Of a stretch of DNA of 62,399 nt, positions 25,852 to 37,879 are shown one piece after another; the first letter of the stretch is position 1, and each line of letters begins with the position of its first letter. The notes under the pieces were generated by a model that was not told where the DNA came from, did no database searches, and saw nothing but the letters and a program-made list of their open reading frames with translations. Position numbers and translations under genes: made by a program. Source of the stretch: Blastocystis sp. subtype 4 (taxonomy: Eukaryota); contig NW_014569521.1 in the NCBI RefSeq assembly GCF_000743755.1, positions 1 to 62,399 on the forward strand. The letters are read 5' to 3'.

Positions 25852-28583
25852 ATGAATTACAATTCTGCAAATCAAAGTAGTGAGTCGATTAACGAATCGA
25901 TAGAATCATGTTGTTATTGTGGCTGTTCGGATCCCAATCTTATTATCCAGTGTCGTGTCTGCAAACGCTGGTTTTGTAATGGTCTTGTTCCTAATGGAGG
26001 ATCACACTCCTACTTGCATATGATCTTTGCAAAGCATTGGTCATTCATTACCCACAGAAAATCAAAATTCGATGGGTGCGCTATCCGTTGTTCGAAATGC
26101 AAGAGTACGAATGCCTGTGATCTTAGATCACCAACTGCGAAACCTACTTCATTAAAGAATCTCCTATGTATGTCAAACTGTCTGGCAACTCAGGCACTGA
26201 GTGATCCAAATATTGATGCCAATTGGCATACGATCATCTCTCAGAAACAATTTGTTAGTTCGTTATTCTCCGTAGAATGTCCTCCGGGACTCAACCATGT
26301 TGAATTATCTATGCCTTTGATTCAACAATATGAGGTTCTCTGCCGCACCTATAGTCATGTGGATATTACCAAAGTAACTGTCAAGCCGGCAACTCCGTTA
26401 CGAGAAGTACCTAGCTCCTTTAACGATACTGCTGATTATTTCAGTGTTTATGAACCCTTGGTGAAACTAGAAGATTCGGAACAGCGTCAATCTCAGAATA
26501 CAGATGGTGATAAGCATAGGAAAGTGGAGTTTTTCTATGACGATAAGAAGCATAGTGGTGGAAAGAGTGGTGCCATTGTGTGTGAGTTTGAAGTCTACCA
26601 GGATCTCTATAGTCGTCCGATTCAGATTGGAGATAAACTATCATTGATATGGTGTCGATCCCAAGATGAATGGGACGATGATATTACTGTTAACAAAAAT
26701 AAGCATCAAGGTTCGAATATCAAAGTTTATGGAGAACTGGATGCAGATGATCTACATCTAATGGCTGATGATCATGAAGAGTCATTCAATGCTGATTATG
26801 ATACTAATGGAGATATGTCTCGTCAAGATAGAATTGAGTATATTGGTAGTGTGGATAAGTGTGAAGTGGTTAACGAGAGTACAAAGTTATATAAGGTTTC
26901 AATGGTTGTTGAAACGTCTCATGTTCCTGCAAAGGTCACGAAGTATAGTGATGGATATTATGATATCCGTTTGAAAGAATTGGGTTCGGTTGTAGAACGT
27001 CGTCTCAATGCTATGAAACGAATGGATGATGAAGATAGTATGAATCAGGATATTTGGGAAGTGATTATGGGGGTTAAGACGAAGATGAATAGGAAGGACT
27101 TCTATGTTCCTGAAACAGAGCTAGCTGGTCAGTGGAATGCACCTCGTTTGCGAGCATTGAATGAGTCTCAACGTCTTGCTGTTACTATTGTTCTTCAATC
27201 TCGTTTTACTATAATTCAAGGTCCTCCTGGTACTGGAAAGACAAGTAACAATGTTGAGAAGGGTTAATTGTAGGCACTGCAGCAGCTATCGTCTATCAAC
27301 TCGTAAGACGCACTAGAAACATGGTTTATGATGTTCCCATTGCACAGAAAGATCTTTATGGCAAGCCACAAGCATGCAAAATAGCCAAACTATCTCTACC
27401 TGGTCCAATTCTTGTTTGTGTTCCATCGAACATCGCAGCAGATGAGATTTGTGAACGTATTCACAAGACTGGTGTAAAGGTTGTACGAGTAATGGCTTCT
27501 TCGAAGCAACAAAACCCTTCACCTGTGAAGGAGTTGTGTTGTCATGTCCTGGCAATGGAGAAAATCATGGCTGAGGATAAGGAGAAGGCTGAGAAGATCC
27601 AGCTAGCCGTCCGTCGTTCGGTACCCAAATGGATGGTATGTCACAAATAGGATAAACTGTCTTTGCGTGAGTCCAAAAAATGTATGCACGAATTGATTCA
27701 AGCAGAACAAACTATTGCTAGAAACGCTGAAGTTGTTGTTAGTACCTGTGATACATCAGGCAATGTGGTCTTACGAGATTTACGTTTTAAAACGATCCTT
27801 ATTGATGAGGCTTCACAAGCTGTAGAACCTGAAACTATGGTTCCAATTGTTCACGGAGCTGAACGAGTGATTATTGTGGGTGACCATCGTCAGTTGGACC
27901 CTGTCGTTCTGAGCAGACGTTGTCGTAATCATGGATATATGAAAACGCTTATGGATCGCTTGATCGATCTTGATTTCTCTCCTGTGATCCTGGATACACA
28001 GTATCGTATGCATCCTGTATTAGCTGAGTTCTCCAATCATCACTACTATATGGATGTTCTTAAGAACGGAGTGACGGAGAGTCAGCGACCTATTCTCCAG
28101 ACACTTCCATATCCGAATAGGGCTAAGCCGTTGTTCTTCTGGGATGTGGAGGGAAGAGAGTCTGTTAGCTCGAAAGGTGTTTCATTCCAGAACTTAGCAG
28201 AGGGTCTAGCTGTTATACAGCTTATCCAGTTGCTAGTTGCTCGTAAGATTAAGAAAAGTGATATCGGTGTAATCACATCCTATGCTGGACAAAAGCAACT
28301 CATTATTAATCTGCTGGTAAAGTCAAATCTAAAAGAAGTAGAAGCTGCAACTGTGAATACCTTCCAAGGACGTGAAAAAGACTACATCATCTTCAGTTGT
28401 GTGAGGTCCAACCCCAGCCATAATGTGGGATTCTTGAGTAATCCCAGAAGACTGAATGTGGCTATTACAAGAGCTCGTTTTGGTCTCTTTGTGATTGGAA
28501 ACAGACAAATGATGATTAAAGATGATTTAAAAGCTTATATGGATTATCATGTCGATCTCAATACTGTTATTAAGAACTTGTAA
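25852..28583 (+). CDS. UPF1-like SF1 RNA helicase with Cys/His-rich zinc domain
   Basis: CCYCG..C..CKRWFCNG..H..HM (CH domain), [48 protein letters not shown] and RRLNVAITRAR; introns 27245-27273 and 27621-27650. Confidence 0.9.
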
Positions 28584-28585
28584 CT

Positions 28586-28593
28586 TGTTTGTT
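28586..28593 (+). terminator. TGTTTGTT 3'-end/polyadenylation motif (representative copy)
   Basis: T|AACT|TGTTTGTT at the end of the UPF1-like gene; exact copies also at 275, 8379, 14926, 16713 and 18890 (+), and at 9985, 18972 and 52266 (-). Confidence 0.85.
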
Positions 28594-28651
28594 CTGCAGA
28601 TCATATACCACTATCACGGGAATTAGTTTCTAATTTGAAATCACAGAATAA

Positions 28652-30012
28652 ATGGTTTTCAAGAAAGGAGAACATCGATCCATTGAGAAGAGAGGTGTCC
28701 TTCGATATACTGAAGAGGAGGAGAATCTGATCGTATCTCTACTCCAAGGTTCACTGAACGAGTTGGGTTTTTTTGATAAGGAAGAAACATCAACAGAAGG
28801 ACGTATGACGAAGTATCAGGTTGATTCTTGTGATTTCTGTCAGGTGTAGGATGCATTTACACGCATCTACAATGAATTTTGCGAGAAAACTAGTCGGACT
28901 ATGAAAAGATCCTATCTTTCTTTTAAGAAGAAGGTAAGTGGATTCTTTGATATAGTTTATGTATGGTTGTTTTGTTCTTATGAATGTAGGACCTAATGCA
29001 CATACCACAGGATCGGAGTGTGTATCGTGTGTATCAAACAACCTATGATATGTTAAAGAAGATTGCAGATCAGAATCCGGTCTTCAATGTTATTGTTCTT
29101 CTGTTTTATGAGTTTTAGGAGGGACCTGTTCGTTCGTTTGGTGTATTGAATTGGAGAGGACGAATGGATGATGGTAAAACCCCTGCGCTTCGTCACCGAT
29201 TATCGAGATCATCTAAATATGTAACTGGGAAGCGACAACGAGGAGAAGGGAAAGTTCGAGATTTGGGATTATTGTCCACACATTCGAACTTGAATTCACC
29301 AGGAAAGTCTCCTGTCCAAAAAGAAATAAATCATACACCGGAATCTGGACTGATCGAGTTGAATAGTCCTCAGCTGTTAAAGAACAGTTCTTCTCGGCCA
29401 TTACTTGATGCCCCTCAACCACTGGTAGATAGGAAACAGCCACTGACCAATGGCTCCTCTCAACCCCTATTAGACGAGTCCTCACATACTCTCTTGACAA
29501 ATACTGCTCACTCCATATTAGCACCTCCTTCAAGTCAACTCCTCGGTCAGTCAACTCCTTTCGAGTCATTGCATTCTCATCAACAACCTAACGCAATGCA
29601 ACTCCCCACTACACATGTACCAGAAAAGAGTCCATCTACAAGTCTACCTAAAGTGTTCCAAGGGCCATCTACTCATATTTCTACCTATACAGAACCAACA
29701 AAACAACAAATCGAAGAACCAAAACGTACGGATCGTCAATCGAGAAACACGTCTTTGGAGTCTGTTTATACTGATTATACGGCACCAATTGTATTTCGGG
29801 ACTGTAATATTACGATCGATGCTATCTACAATGATCGAGGCGGATTCGATGCTCCGTATTTCCCGACTATTCGTAATGTATCTCCAATTCAACATCAAAG
29901 TGAAAGTGAGTTCAGATACATCATGAATGAATTGGATCAAATTTTGAATCTGATGAAAACATCAAAGCGGTTTCAAAAGCTAAATGTAGAGCAGAATACA
30001 GTAAGTGTATAA
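28652..30012 (+). CDS. Hypothetical protein with low-complexity S/P/Q-rich region
   Basis: Exon ORFs joined by ~30-nt introns; N-terminal RYTEEEENLIV is weakly Myb/SANT-like. Confidence 0.55.
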
Positions 30013-30064
30013 TAACCGATGTTTATGACAAACAAGTCGCAGCTAATATACTTTCAGAAAAAGA

Positions 30065-30792
30065 CTATTGGGTATTACGCTGATTATAGAGCAATGTACA
30101 AACTGATTTCCAGGTACGTTCCTTCGTATATTTCAATGCATCATCATTGAGTGAACCATCGTCAAATGTCTGTTCTTTTAATTCTTTCCAAATGGCCTGA
30201 GCAATTTCCTTTATATGAAGGTTCGGACAGCTTTGACGATAGTCATTAAAACGTTTTAGAATGAAACGCTTTTCATTAGGGTGGAAAGGATGGCGATCCC
30301 GAGAACGCTTTACACACTTGGAACCTCTAAAAACGACAGAACGTTGCTGATGCTCATTCTCATAAGTACTCACTGCGACTTCAGGCAGTCTATCACTATA
30401 AACGAGCTCGACTCGAGCACAACCCTGAGGTAAATGAATACTAATGACAGATTCTCCAGAAGCGTTTTCCTTTAATTGTACAGTGGCATAAGAACTCTTT
30501 CGTAATTCACCATTTGCGATGGCTTCAGGGGTAGTGTAGTTAACAACACAGACGCTGCCATCCGCATAACAGGTAGTAGTACATTTCTTTACAGAACTCT
30601 GATAAGTAGGTGCATTGTCCTCTGGAGCTTCGCTAGAATAGTCTTCTGTTACAGATTTACTATCAGAGGAACAAGGAACTAACAATTAGGATCAATATAA
30701 GAGAAGTCACCAGAAAACCATTCTCCATGTCCGCCTTCTATAACACTTAACGATGATCCTCGAACAGAAAGGTAGTCATCATTATAATCCAT
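30065..30792 (-). CDS. Hypothetical protein, possible C-terminal Myb/trihelix-like domain
   Basis: 206-codon exon plus an inferred first exon; RHPFHPNEKRFIL..IAQAIWKEL..RTWKSV. Confidence 0.55.
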
Positions 30793-31309
30793 TCTTAACA
30801 TATTTTGTTAACTCTACTTTCTGTTCACTGAATAGAGTTATTCAATATGGGTGGTAATTAAGCTGACAGTTTGACCGAAATAGGGTACTATGAATCAAAA
30901 TCATGTGACCATAATTATTTTCAAATAACAAAATGCGTCCATAGTGTGTAATGAATTGATGAATCTTCATTCTATCTATGTTTGAAGGACTTAATTGAAA
31001 TACTCTATTAACTCCAAGAGTTAATTTGATGATTCTCGATTTATGATGGATTCCTTTCTTTCGAAATAATCGTTGCCAAATACATATACGACCAAATGTG
31101 TTTAGAAAACAATAAGAATAATGAGTATTCTAGTTTACAGAAAGATACTTAAGTTGGGGTCCAGTTTTCTAACGAGAGAGAACTTGGATACTCATATCCG
31201 CTTTTCACTTCTTCACTAATGCCCATTATCTATGAGATGTGTTTTTAGAAGCTGATACAAATTGTGACTGAACGTTATGAATACAGCTAGAATTCCCACC
31301 TTTGACAGC

Positions 31310-31703
31310 AAAACAACAGAAATGTGATTCTAGTTTCTTTCAACTCTAATCGAAAGTATGGAACTCAAAATAGATAGAGAGGCAATATCAACGATAAAGA
31401 CCATAATCACTAGAAACTGTTAGACTACTGACACAACAATTATCAAACAACAATTGATACTATTTCCGTAATCATCAATGCAAAAGCTCAGATAAGGAAA
31501 CACCAATCATGAGGATCAGACTCAAACTAATGCCACAAACATCTTATTGATTCAGTAGTTAATTAATTATCTAGGAAGAGAGTATCTCGTACAATCGTAG
31601 TCTTTGCGACAGACGATTCTTTTCTTCCACCAATTGATTATATACTACCGTTCACATCGTTCTTACATGGATTCGGTTTTAGACTAACAATAATCTCTTT
31701 CAT
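31310..31703 (-). CDS. Possible small multi-exon membrane protein
   Basis: MKEIIVSLKPNP start, GT-AG-bounded segments, hydrophobic FLVIMVFIVDIASLSIL; frame not fully resolved. Confidence 0.25.
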
Positions 31704-31715
31704 TTCTTGGGTGTC

Positions 31716-33026
31716 ATGTATGTTGGCATTGTTGAAGAGGCAGATGGCCCTGTGTTTGGTTGAAGAGCATTCATCAATCGTAGGTTCGACAGCGTAAACT
31801 TGATGCTTTCACACGAAAGATATGTAAAGGATTTGGACGTGACAACATTGCAGCATTCACGATTTTTCTTGTTGTTGCTGAAGCTTTAGTGATTTGGCGT
31901 ATGATTCGTTATTTTACGTTTTCAAGTAGTATTTTATCCATATACCATTGTTGGAATATTTCTGCGTCTCTTGACGATACTCGATTTGTATGTCCTTGTG
32001 AAATGCATTTGGGGTTGGAGCTCCTATAGCGGTGAAATGTAGTTGATCCTGGTATTCTTCCACCTCTTCCTGCCGTTACTGTAAGTGAAGGTCAACAAGT
32101 CATTGCATCCATCAGGTATCAGACAAATTCAGGTATTATAACAGTCAATTGGTGTCCTACTTGTCATTTTTATCGGTATTTTTGGAGTATTTGTTATATT
32201 CTAGACCTGTGGCTTCTCATCATTGCCATTCTTGTGATCATTGTGTAGCTGACTTTGATCATCATTGTCCGTACACTTTATTATTGATTTTGTGATATAG
32301 ATGGATAAATAACTGTGTGGGACAACGGAACATGAAGTATTTCTTCTGGTTTCTATTTCTTACGTATTGTATCGGTCTATTTCTAACAAATAGAGGAATT
32401 GGAACATTTTGTTGCATGATTCAATATGTCTTTATGAGTTATCATCGATATTTGCTTCTTGACTTTGCCCTACTCTATTCAAATCACTTTCCGAAACTAG
32501 ATATTATTCTCTTAGTATGTATTGGTTTTTTTCTTTTAGCATTACCAACCATGTCGTTTTATCGACGATTTGGACTATTTTTGATTATTATATGTATGAC
32601 TCTCTTACTCATAATCCATTGTTTTGTTGTTTCACGATCTCTCGGAGTTGTTGTAATCATATCCTTCATTACCTTTACTTGGTTATTCCTTTATTTAGCT
32701 TCTATTATTAGGTATTGCTAATGCAGGGGTTGGATGTTGGATGGTATTTCTTCATTTGTATTTACATTTAGTTTGGTTTCTTCTCGCATTATGTTCTTCT
32801 TTTCCAAGTCAATATGACACAAAAGGAGTATATTAAGGAAGGAAATCGAATTACCAAACCTGTCAAAATATCCCTCTCCAAATCCATACGAAGAATCATT
32901 TCTATAATGTTGACACAACCTCGAGCACCTATTGAACCTGCTAAGCCTCCCTATAGTCCATTTTGTTATTTACCTCCTGGAGAATATCTAGGTGCAAAAT
33001 CATATGTTTTCTACAAACAAATGTAA
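31716..33026 (+). CDS. DHHC palmitoyltransferase
   Basis: DPGILP, WCPTCHFYR, SHHCHSCDHCVADFDHHCP|WINNCVGQRNMKYF and MTQKE; the true end may be T33000 plus poly(A). Confidence 0.92.
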
Positions 33027-33045
33027 TGAAAAAGACTCCCTAAAA

Positions 33046-36000
33046 CTATCGTTTTCGGCGAATATTGATATGTCTTCCTGGTTTCCCTAGACTCAACACA
33101 CAACCATTCGTCTTACCTGCATTAAATCCTCCAGCCATATTACCTGAATTAAAACCTACTCCAGGCATATTCACCTGTGGAGGTTTCATTTGACCATTAT
33201 TTCCTGGATGATAGGGTTTCCTAGTGGGATTATTAGAAAATGGATCTGTTGATCCCTTCACGTTAGGAGGATTTGAATTCATTCCTCCCTTCCCAAAAGG
33301 CTGAGCATTTGCTAAACCGAAAAATGGAGAAGCTCCAGCGGTATTCTTCTGACCACCGAGAAAGGACGAGCTGGAGGTTTCATTCTTTCCAAAACCGAAT
33401 GTGTTAGTTTGGGAGTAGTTACTCTGTGCGCTGACAGGAGGAGTCGTGTTTCCTAAGGAGAATGGAGATGTTGAAGTGCCGTTCTTAGTTCCCAGAGAGG
33501 ATAAATTGTTTTGAGAAAAAGAGAATGGATCATTCGTACCACTAACAGCTCCAGAGGTGAAGGGAGATGGGTTCGGAGTGGAAGGATTATTTGATCCAAA
33601 GAATAGTGGTTTTGAAGTTGAATCATTCTTTGTAGGGACATTATCAGGAGTAGAAGTAAGAGGAATACCGAATGCAGGTGGAGTATCCTTCTTCACATCT
33701 GTTGCTGGAGTGTCTTCCTTCTTCGCTCCAAAAGAGAACATGGGGGCAGCAGGAGTATCCTTCTTCGTATCTATTGCTGGAGTGTCATCTTTCTTAGTTC
33801 CGAAGGAGAACATGGGAGTAGTAGGAGTATCCTTCTTCGTATCAGTTGTATCATTCTTTGCTCCGAAAGAGAACACAGGAAGAGAAGTGTCCTTCTTCGC
33901 ATCCGATGATGTACCATCCTTCTTCACTCCAAAGGAAAACATGGGAGCAGCAGGAGCATCCTTCTTAGCATCTGCTGTTGGAGTGTCATCTTTCTTAGTT
34001 CCAAAAGAGAACATGGGAGTAGTAGGAGTATCCTTCTTCACATCTGTTGTTGGTGTATCATCCTTCTTCGCTCCGAACGAGAACGTAGGAACAGCAGAAG
34101 TATCATTCTTCGTTCCGAACGAGAATACAGGAGGAGAGGAAGTGTCCTTCTTCGTATTAGATGATGTGTCATCTTTCTTAGTTCCGAAGGAGAACATGGG
34201 AGCAGCAGGAGCATCCTTCTTCGTATCTGCTGATGCGTCATCCTTCTTCGCTCCGAAGGAGAACATGGGGGCAGCAGGAGTATCCTTCTTCACATCAGTT
34301 GTATCATTCTTTGCTCCAAAAGAGAACATGGGAGCAGTAGGAGTATCCTTCTTCGTATCTATTGCTGGAGTGTCATCTTTCTTAGTTCCGAAGGAGAACA
34401 TGGGGGCAGCAGGAGTATCCTTCTTCACATCAGTTGTATCATTCTTTGCTCCGAAAGAGAACATGGGGGCAGCAGGAGCATCCTTCTTAGCATCTGCTGT
34501 TGGAGTGTCATCTTTCTTAGTTCCAAAAGAGAACATGGGGGCAGTAGGAGTATCCTTCTTCACATCTGTTGTTGGTGTATCATCCTTCTTCGCTCCGAAT
34601 GAAAACGTAGGAACAGCAGAAGTATCATTCTTCGTTCCGAACGAGAATACAGGAGGAGAGGAAGTGTCCTTCTTCGCATCCGATGATGTATCATCCTTCT
34701 TCACTCCAAAGGAAAACTTAGAAGCAGGAGCAGTATCATCCTTCATATTCATTGTTGGTGTTTCACCTTTCTTCGTTTTTCCAGTCAATGAAGAGAGTTC
34801 AATAGAAGGTTGCTTTGAATCCGCCTCAGGACTATCCTTCTTCAGTTCAAAGGAGATCTTACGAACAGAAGAAGGATCCTTCGCAGAACTAACAGAGAAG
34901 GAAGATATATTCGAAGGACCTGGCTTTTCAACCTTTTTCTCCTTCTTCTCCTCTTTGAGAATCATTGAAAATACTCTCCTCTTGCCTCCGCGCTTCAATT
35001 CTTCATTCAATCGTCTTACTGGTCCTTCTCGATGTACTCCAACAGAACCCTCTCGAACTCTCACAGGTGACTGACAAGGAGGAAGGTTAAGCTTCGTAGA
35101 AGGAGCCTTCAACCGCACCAGACTAGTTCGTGGGTTTGGCAAATTAACAGGAGTTGAAAGAAGCGAAGGAGATGATACTGGGAATACAGCTGAAGGCACA
35201 GTCTCTTTCTCTACTATAGGAGATGGTAATCGATTCGGAAGCTTGTTAACCTTGGGCTTTTTTGATGGAAGACACTCAACAGGAGCTTCAGGAGGCTTCA
35301 TCACTTCAGGAGGCACTTCAACACGGGTTGGTGGGATTCCAACTCCTCCTGTCACCAGCTGTTCACTAACCACCTCAGTATTTACACGGCGTTTCGTTTG
35401 AGGCTTAATACGCCCAAACGAGCCGAATTCGGCAGGTCGTAGTGACAGTCCGTGACGTACTTTCTCGAGGCGAGTCAACATATCACGAAGTTCTGTTTGT
35501 GTGTTCATGGAGGGTTCACCAAGATGGCGAAGAGGCTGGCTTTTCTGGAAGGAGAGAGGAACAGATACAGTTTCATGAACCGCGGGAATCTCAGCTGGTT
35601 GGGTCTCATTAGATGAAGGAAGGAGTCCAAGATCCTTTCTCACTAAATAATCATTCTATCCTTGTTCGTACCTTCTCGGAGACGTTTCATTATCTCAGTT
35701 TCCCGCGATTCTTCATTTACTTCTGTCCATGGGCGTTTTACTGTCGTAGGAGAGGCGAGAGCAGATATTATAGAATCTACTCGTTGTGGTGAGATCCGTT
35801 CAGGAACAGACTCCTCTGTACACAAAGGTGATATCATATGGAGTGTAGTTGGATGAACAGAGGGTTGAGAATTCAGATTTGAATCAGATTCATGGAGAGA
35901 AGCAAGAGACTGGATTGCACTATGAGAAGCCTCAGAATCTGACGATACTTCGAGAATATGTACCGAAGATGAATCTTCTTCCATCTCTTCTGATTCTTGT

Positions 36001-37800
36001 GAGTGATCTAAGTTCGGTCTTTCACTCTCAGAGGAATCTGTATTAGATTGGGCAGTTTCATTTGAATAGGATGATTGGTGTTCAGAGGATTGGAATGATT
36101 CATTGGGACTCACAGGTCCCGAAGCGATCTGATCAGAATCAATGTCATTAAGCTTTTCAATGGATGACTCTTCATTTGTTGACTGCTCTTCACTAGTTGA
36201 TTCATGAGAAGATTCTTCATGAGCTGACACCTCACTAGTTGACTCACTTGCTGGAGGCTCTTCACTGGCTGCTTCACTGGGTGACTTTTCTTCACTAATT
36301 GGGTTTTCCTCACTAGCTGCTTCACTGACTGACTCGCCACTAGCTGGCTTTTCCTCACTGGTTGCTTCACTGGGTGACTTTTCTTCACTAACAGATTCAT
36401 CACTCTTAACAACTTCATGTTTCTCCAACTCTTCTTCCTTCTTCATACCTCTCATAACCTCACGATCGATAGAATCCGTATCTTCCTCACTAAGAACAAC
36501 CATTTCATCACTCTCACTCATCACTCTTTGACCACAAGCAGCTACGTCCCGTACAGTAACAACCTTCTCATCCTTCTCTTCACTTGTCTCTTCTTCATCT
36601 GCTACAAGCGAATCACAAGCACTAGTAAATACAGATTTGAGGTATGAAGATTGATCAGCTGAAACAATGGCTGTTTCATCAAGCAATGTAGTTTCAACAG
36701 CAGGTTTTTGCAAGGGAGAGAAAGGAAGAGTCTTCAGTTGTAGACCAGAAGGCTTCACAGGAGTCAGAATTTCTCCAGAAAGACTGCTGTCTGAATTTGA
36801 ACCCAGATTCGTTGATTCTGTTCGACTCACTTCCATAGCCAAATCCAACATATTCAGCAGTTCCTTGGTCTCATTATCACTCAGATCGCTCCCTGCTTCT
36901 ACGATCAGAGAATCATTTCGATCTGAAGGAGTAGAAGGAGCTGAATTCTCGGTCGGAACAGTAGAATTAGTTTCATGAACCCTCTGGGATACAGACGATG
37001 TCATAGTCGTAACTGGAGCCATTTCGACAGAAGCAGAAGTGAAAGCATATTCAGTACTACTCGGTTCCTCTAGACTAATGTCCTCTGAGCTTGAATAAGT
37101 CGATTTTGATACAAATCCTTTTTGTGTTGGAGAATTCATTCCGCATTCTGTGAATGAATAATTAGGCCTGCCAGATTTGCGACTTTCAGCAAGGAGATCC
37201 ATTAGCTTAACATTTTGATCGTGAACATGCTGAATGAATGAAGATGTGCTGGATTGAGATTCTGAACATGAACTCGTCGCAAACAAAATTACCATCAGAA
37301 TTATCTTCATTTGAATTACTTTCCGACTCACTATTAGTACCAGAGACCTCTCGAATCAAAGGATTGGAGAGATTTAATAATATTATATCATCTGAGGGAA
37401 CATCTGATAGTAACTGCGTTCCTACATCCTGAGATGATCCACCCTCTTCCACTACAAATGATCTCCTCCCGCACAAAACAAACCATCTAGAGACATAGAA
37501 CGGTTCATTGAATCCTCTTCATCTTCATATTCATCAATACTATCGTCCATTGACACAGGAATGGGAATTGGATAACTTCTAATAGTCACAATGAAGAATA
37601 AATACTCCATACGAATCAGTGATTTGTTTATTCTTCAACTTTAGGAAAGCATTGTCAATTAAGGCAAACAAGCTCTGACGATCCGTCTCCGTCCCGCTAA
37701 CATCAATATGCATGAATTTAGCAAAATGGAGCATATCCTCTGTCGACAAACGCTCTAGAGGAATGCCATTAAAGGTAATATCAGTTTCCGTGATTATCAT
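33046..37800 (-). CDS. FG-repeat nucleoporin, Nup1/Nup153-like
   Basis: Many FSFG repeats with KKD spacers; basic C-terminus GRHINIRRKR*; ORFs 33046-35643 and 35643-37331 join in frame through a 29-nt intron; upstream exons inferred. Confidence 0.8.
33660..34750 (-). repeat. Coding tandem repeat (KKD..P.APMFSFG units)
   Basis: Near-identical units of roughly 45-70 bp, including a higher-order duplicated block. Confidence 0.92.
36170..36400 (-). repeat. Short Ser/Glu-rich coding repeats (SEEKSP/SEAASEE)
   Basis: Repeated TTCACT(A/G)G units on the plus strand. Confidence 0.7.
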
Positions 37801-37879
37801 TATGCTCCAATAACTACAAGGATGAGAATAAACAAGTAGAATGAAACATACCGGAAACAAAACCGAAATGAATGAATAC

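Noticed and set aside
27648..27650. In-frame TAG in the UPF1-like gene suggesting readthrough or a pseudogene
   Set aside because: It is the acceptor end of a 30-nt GT-AG intron (27621-27650)
33557..35074. 505-aa plus-strand ORF
   Set aside because: Antisense shadow of the FSFG repeat; the repeat simply lacks stops in that frame
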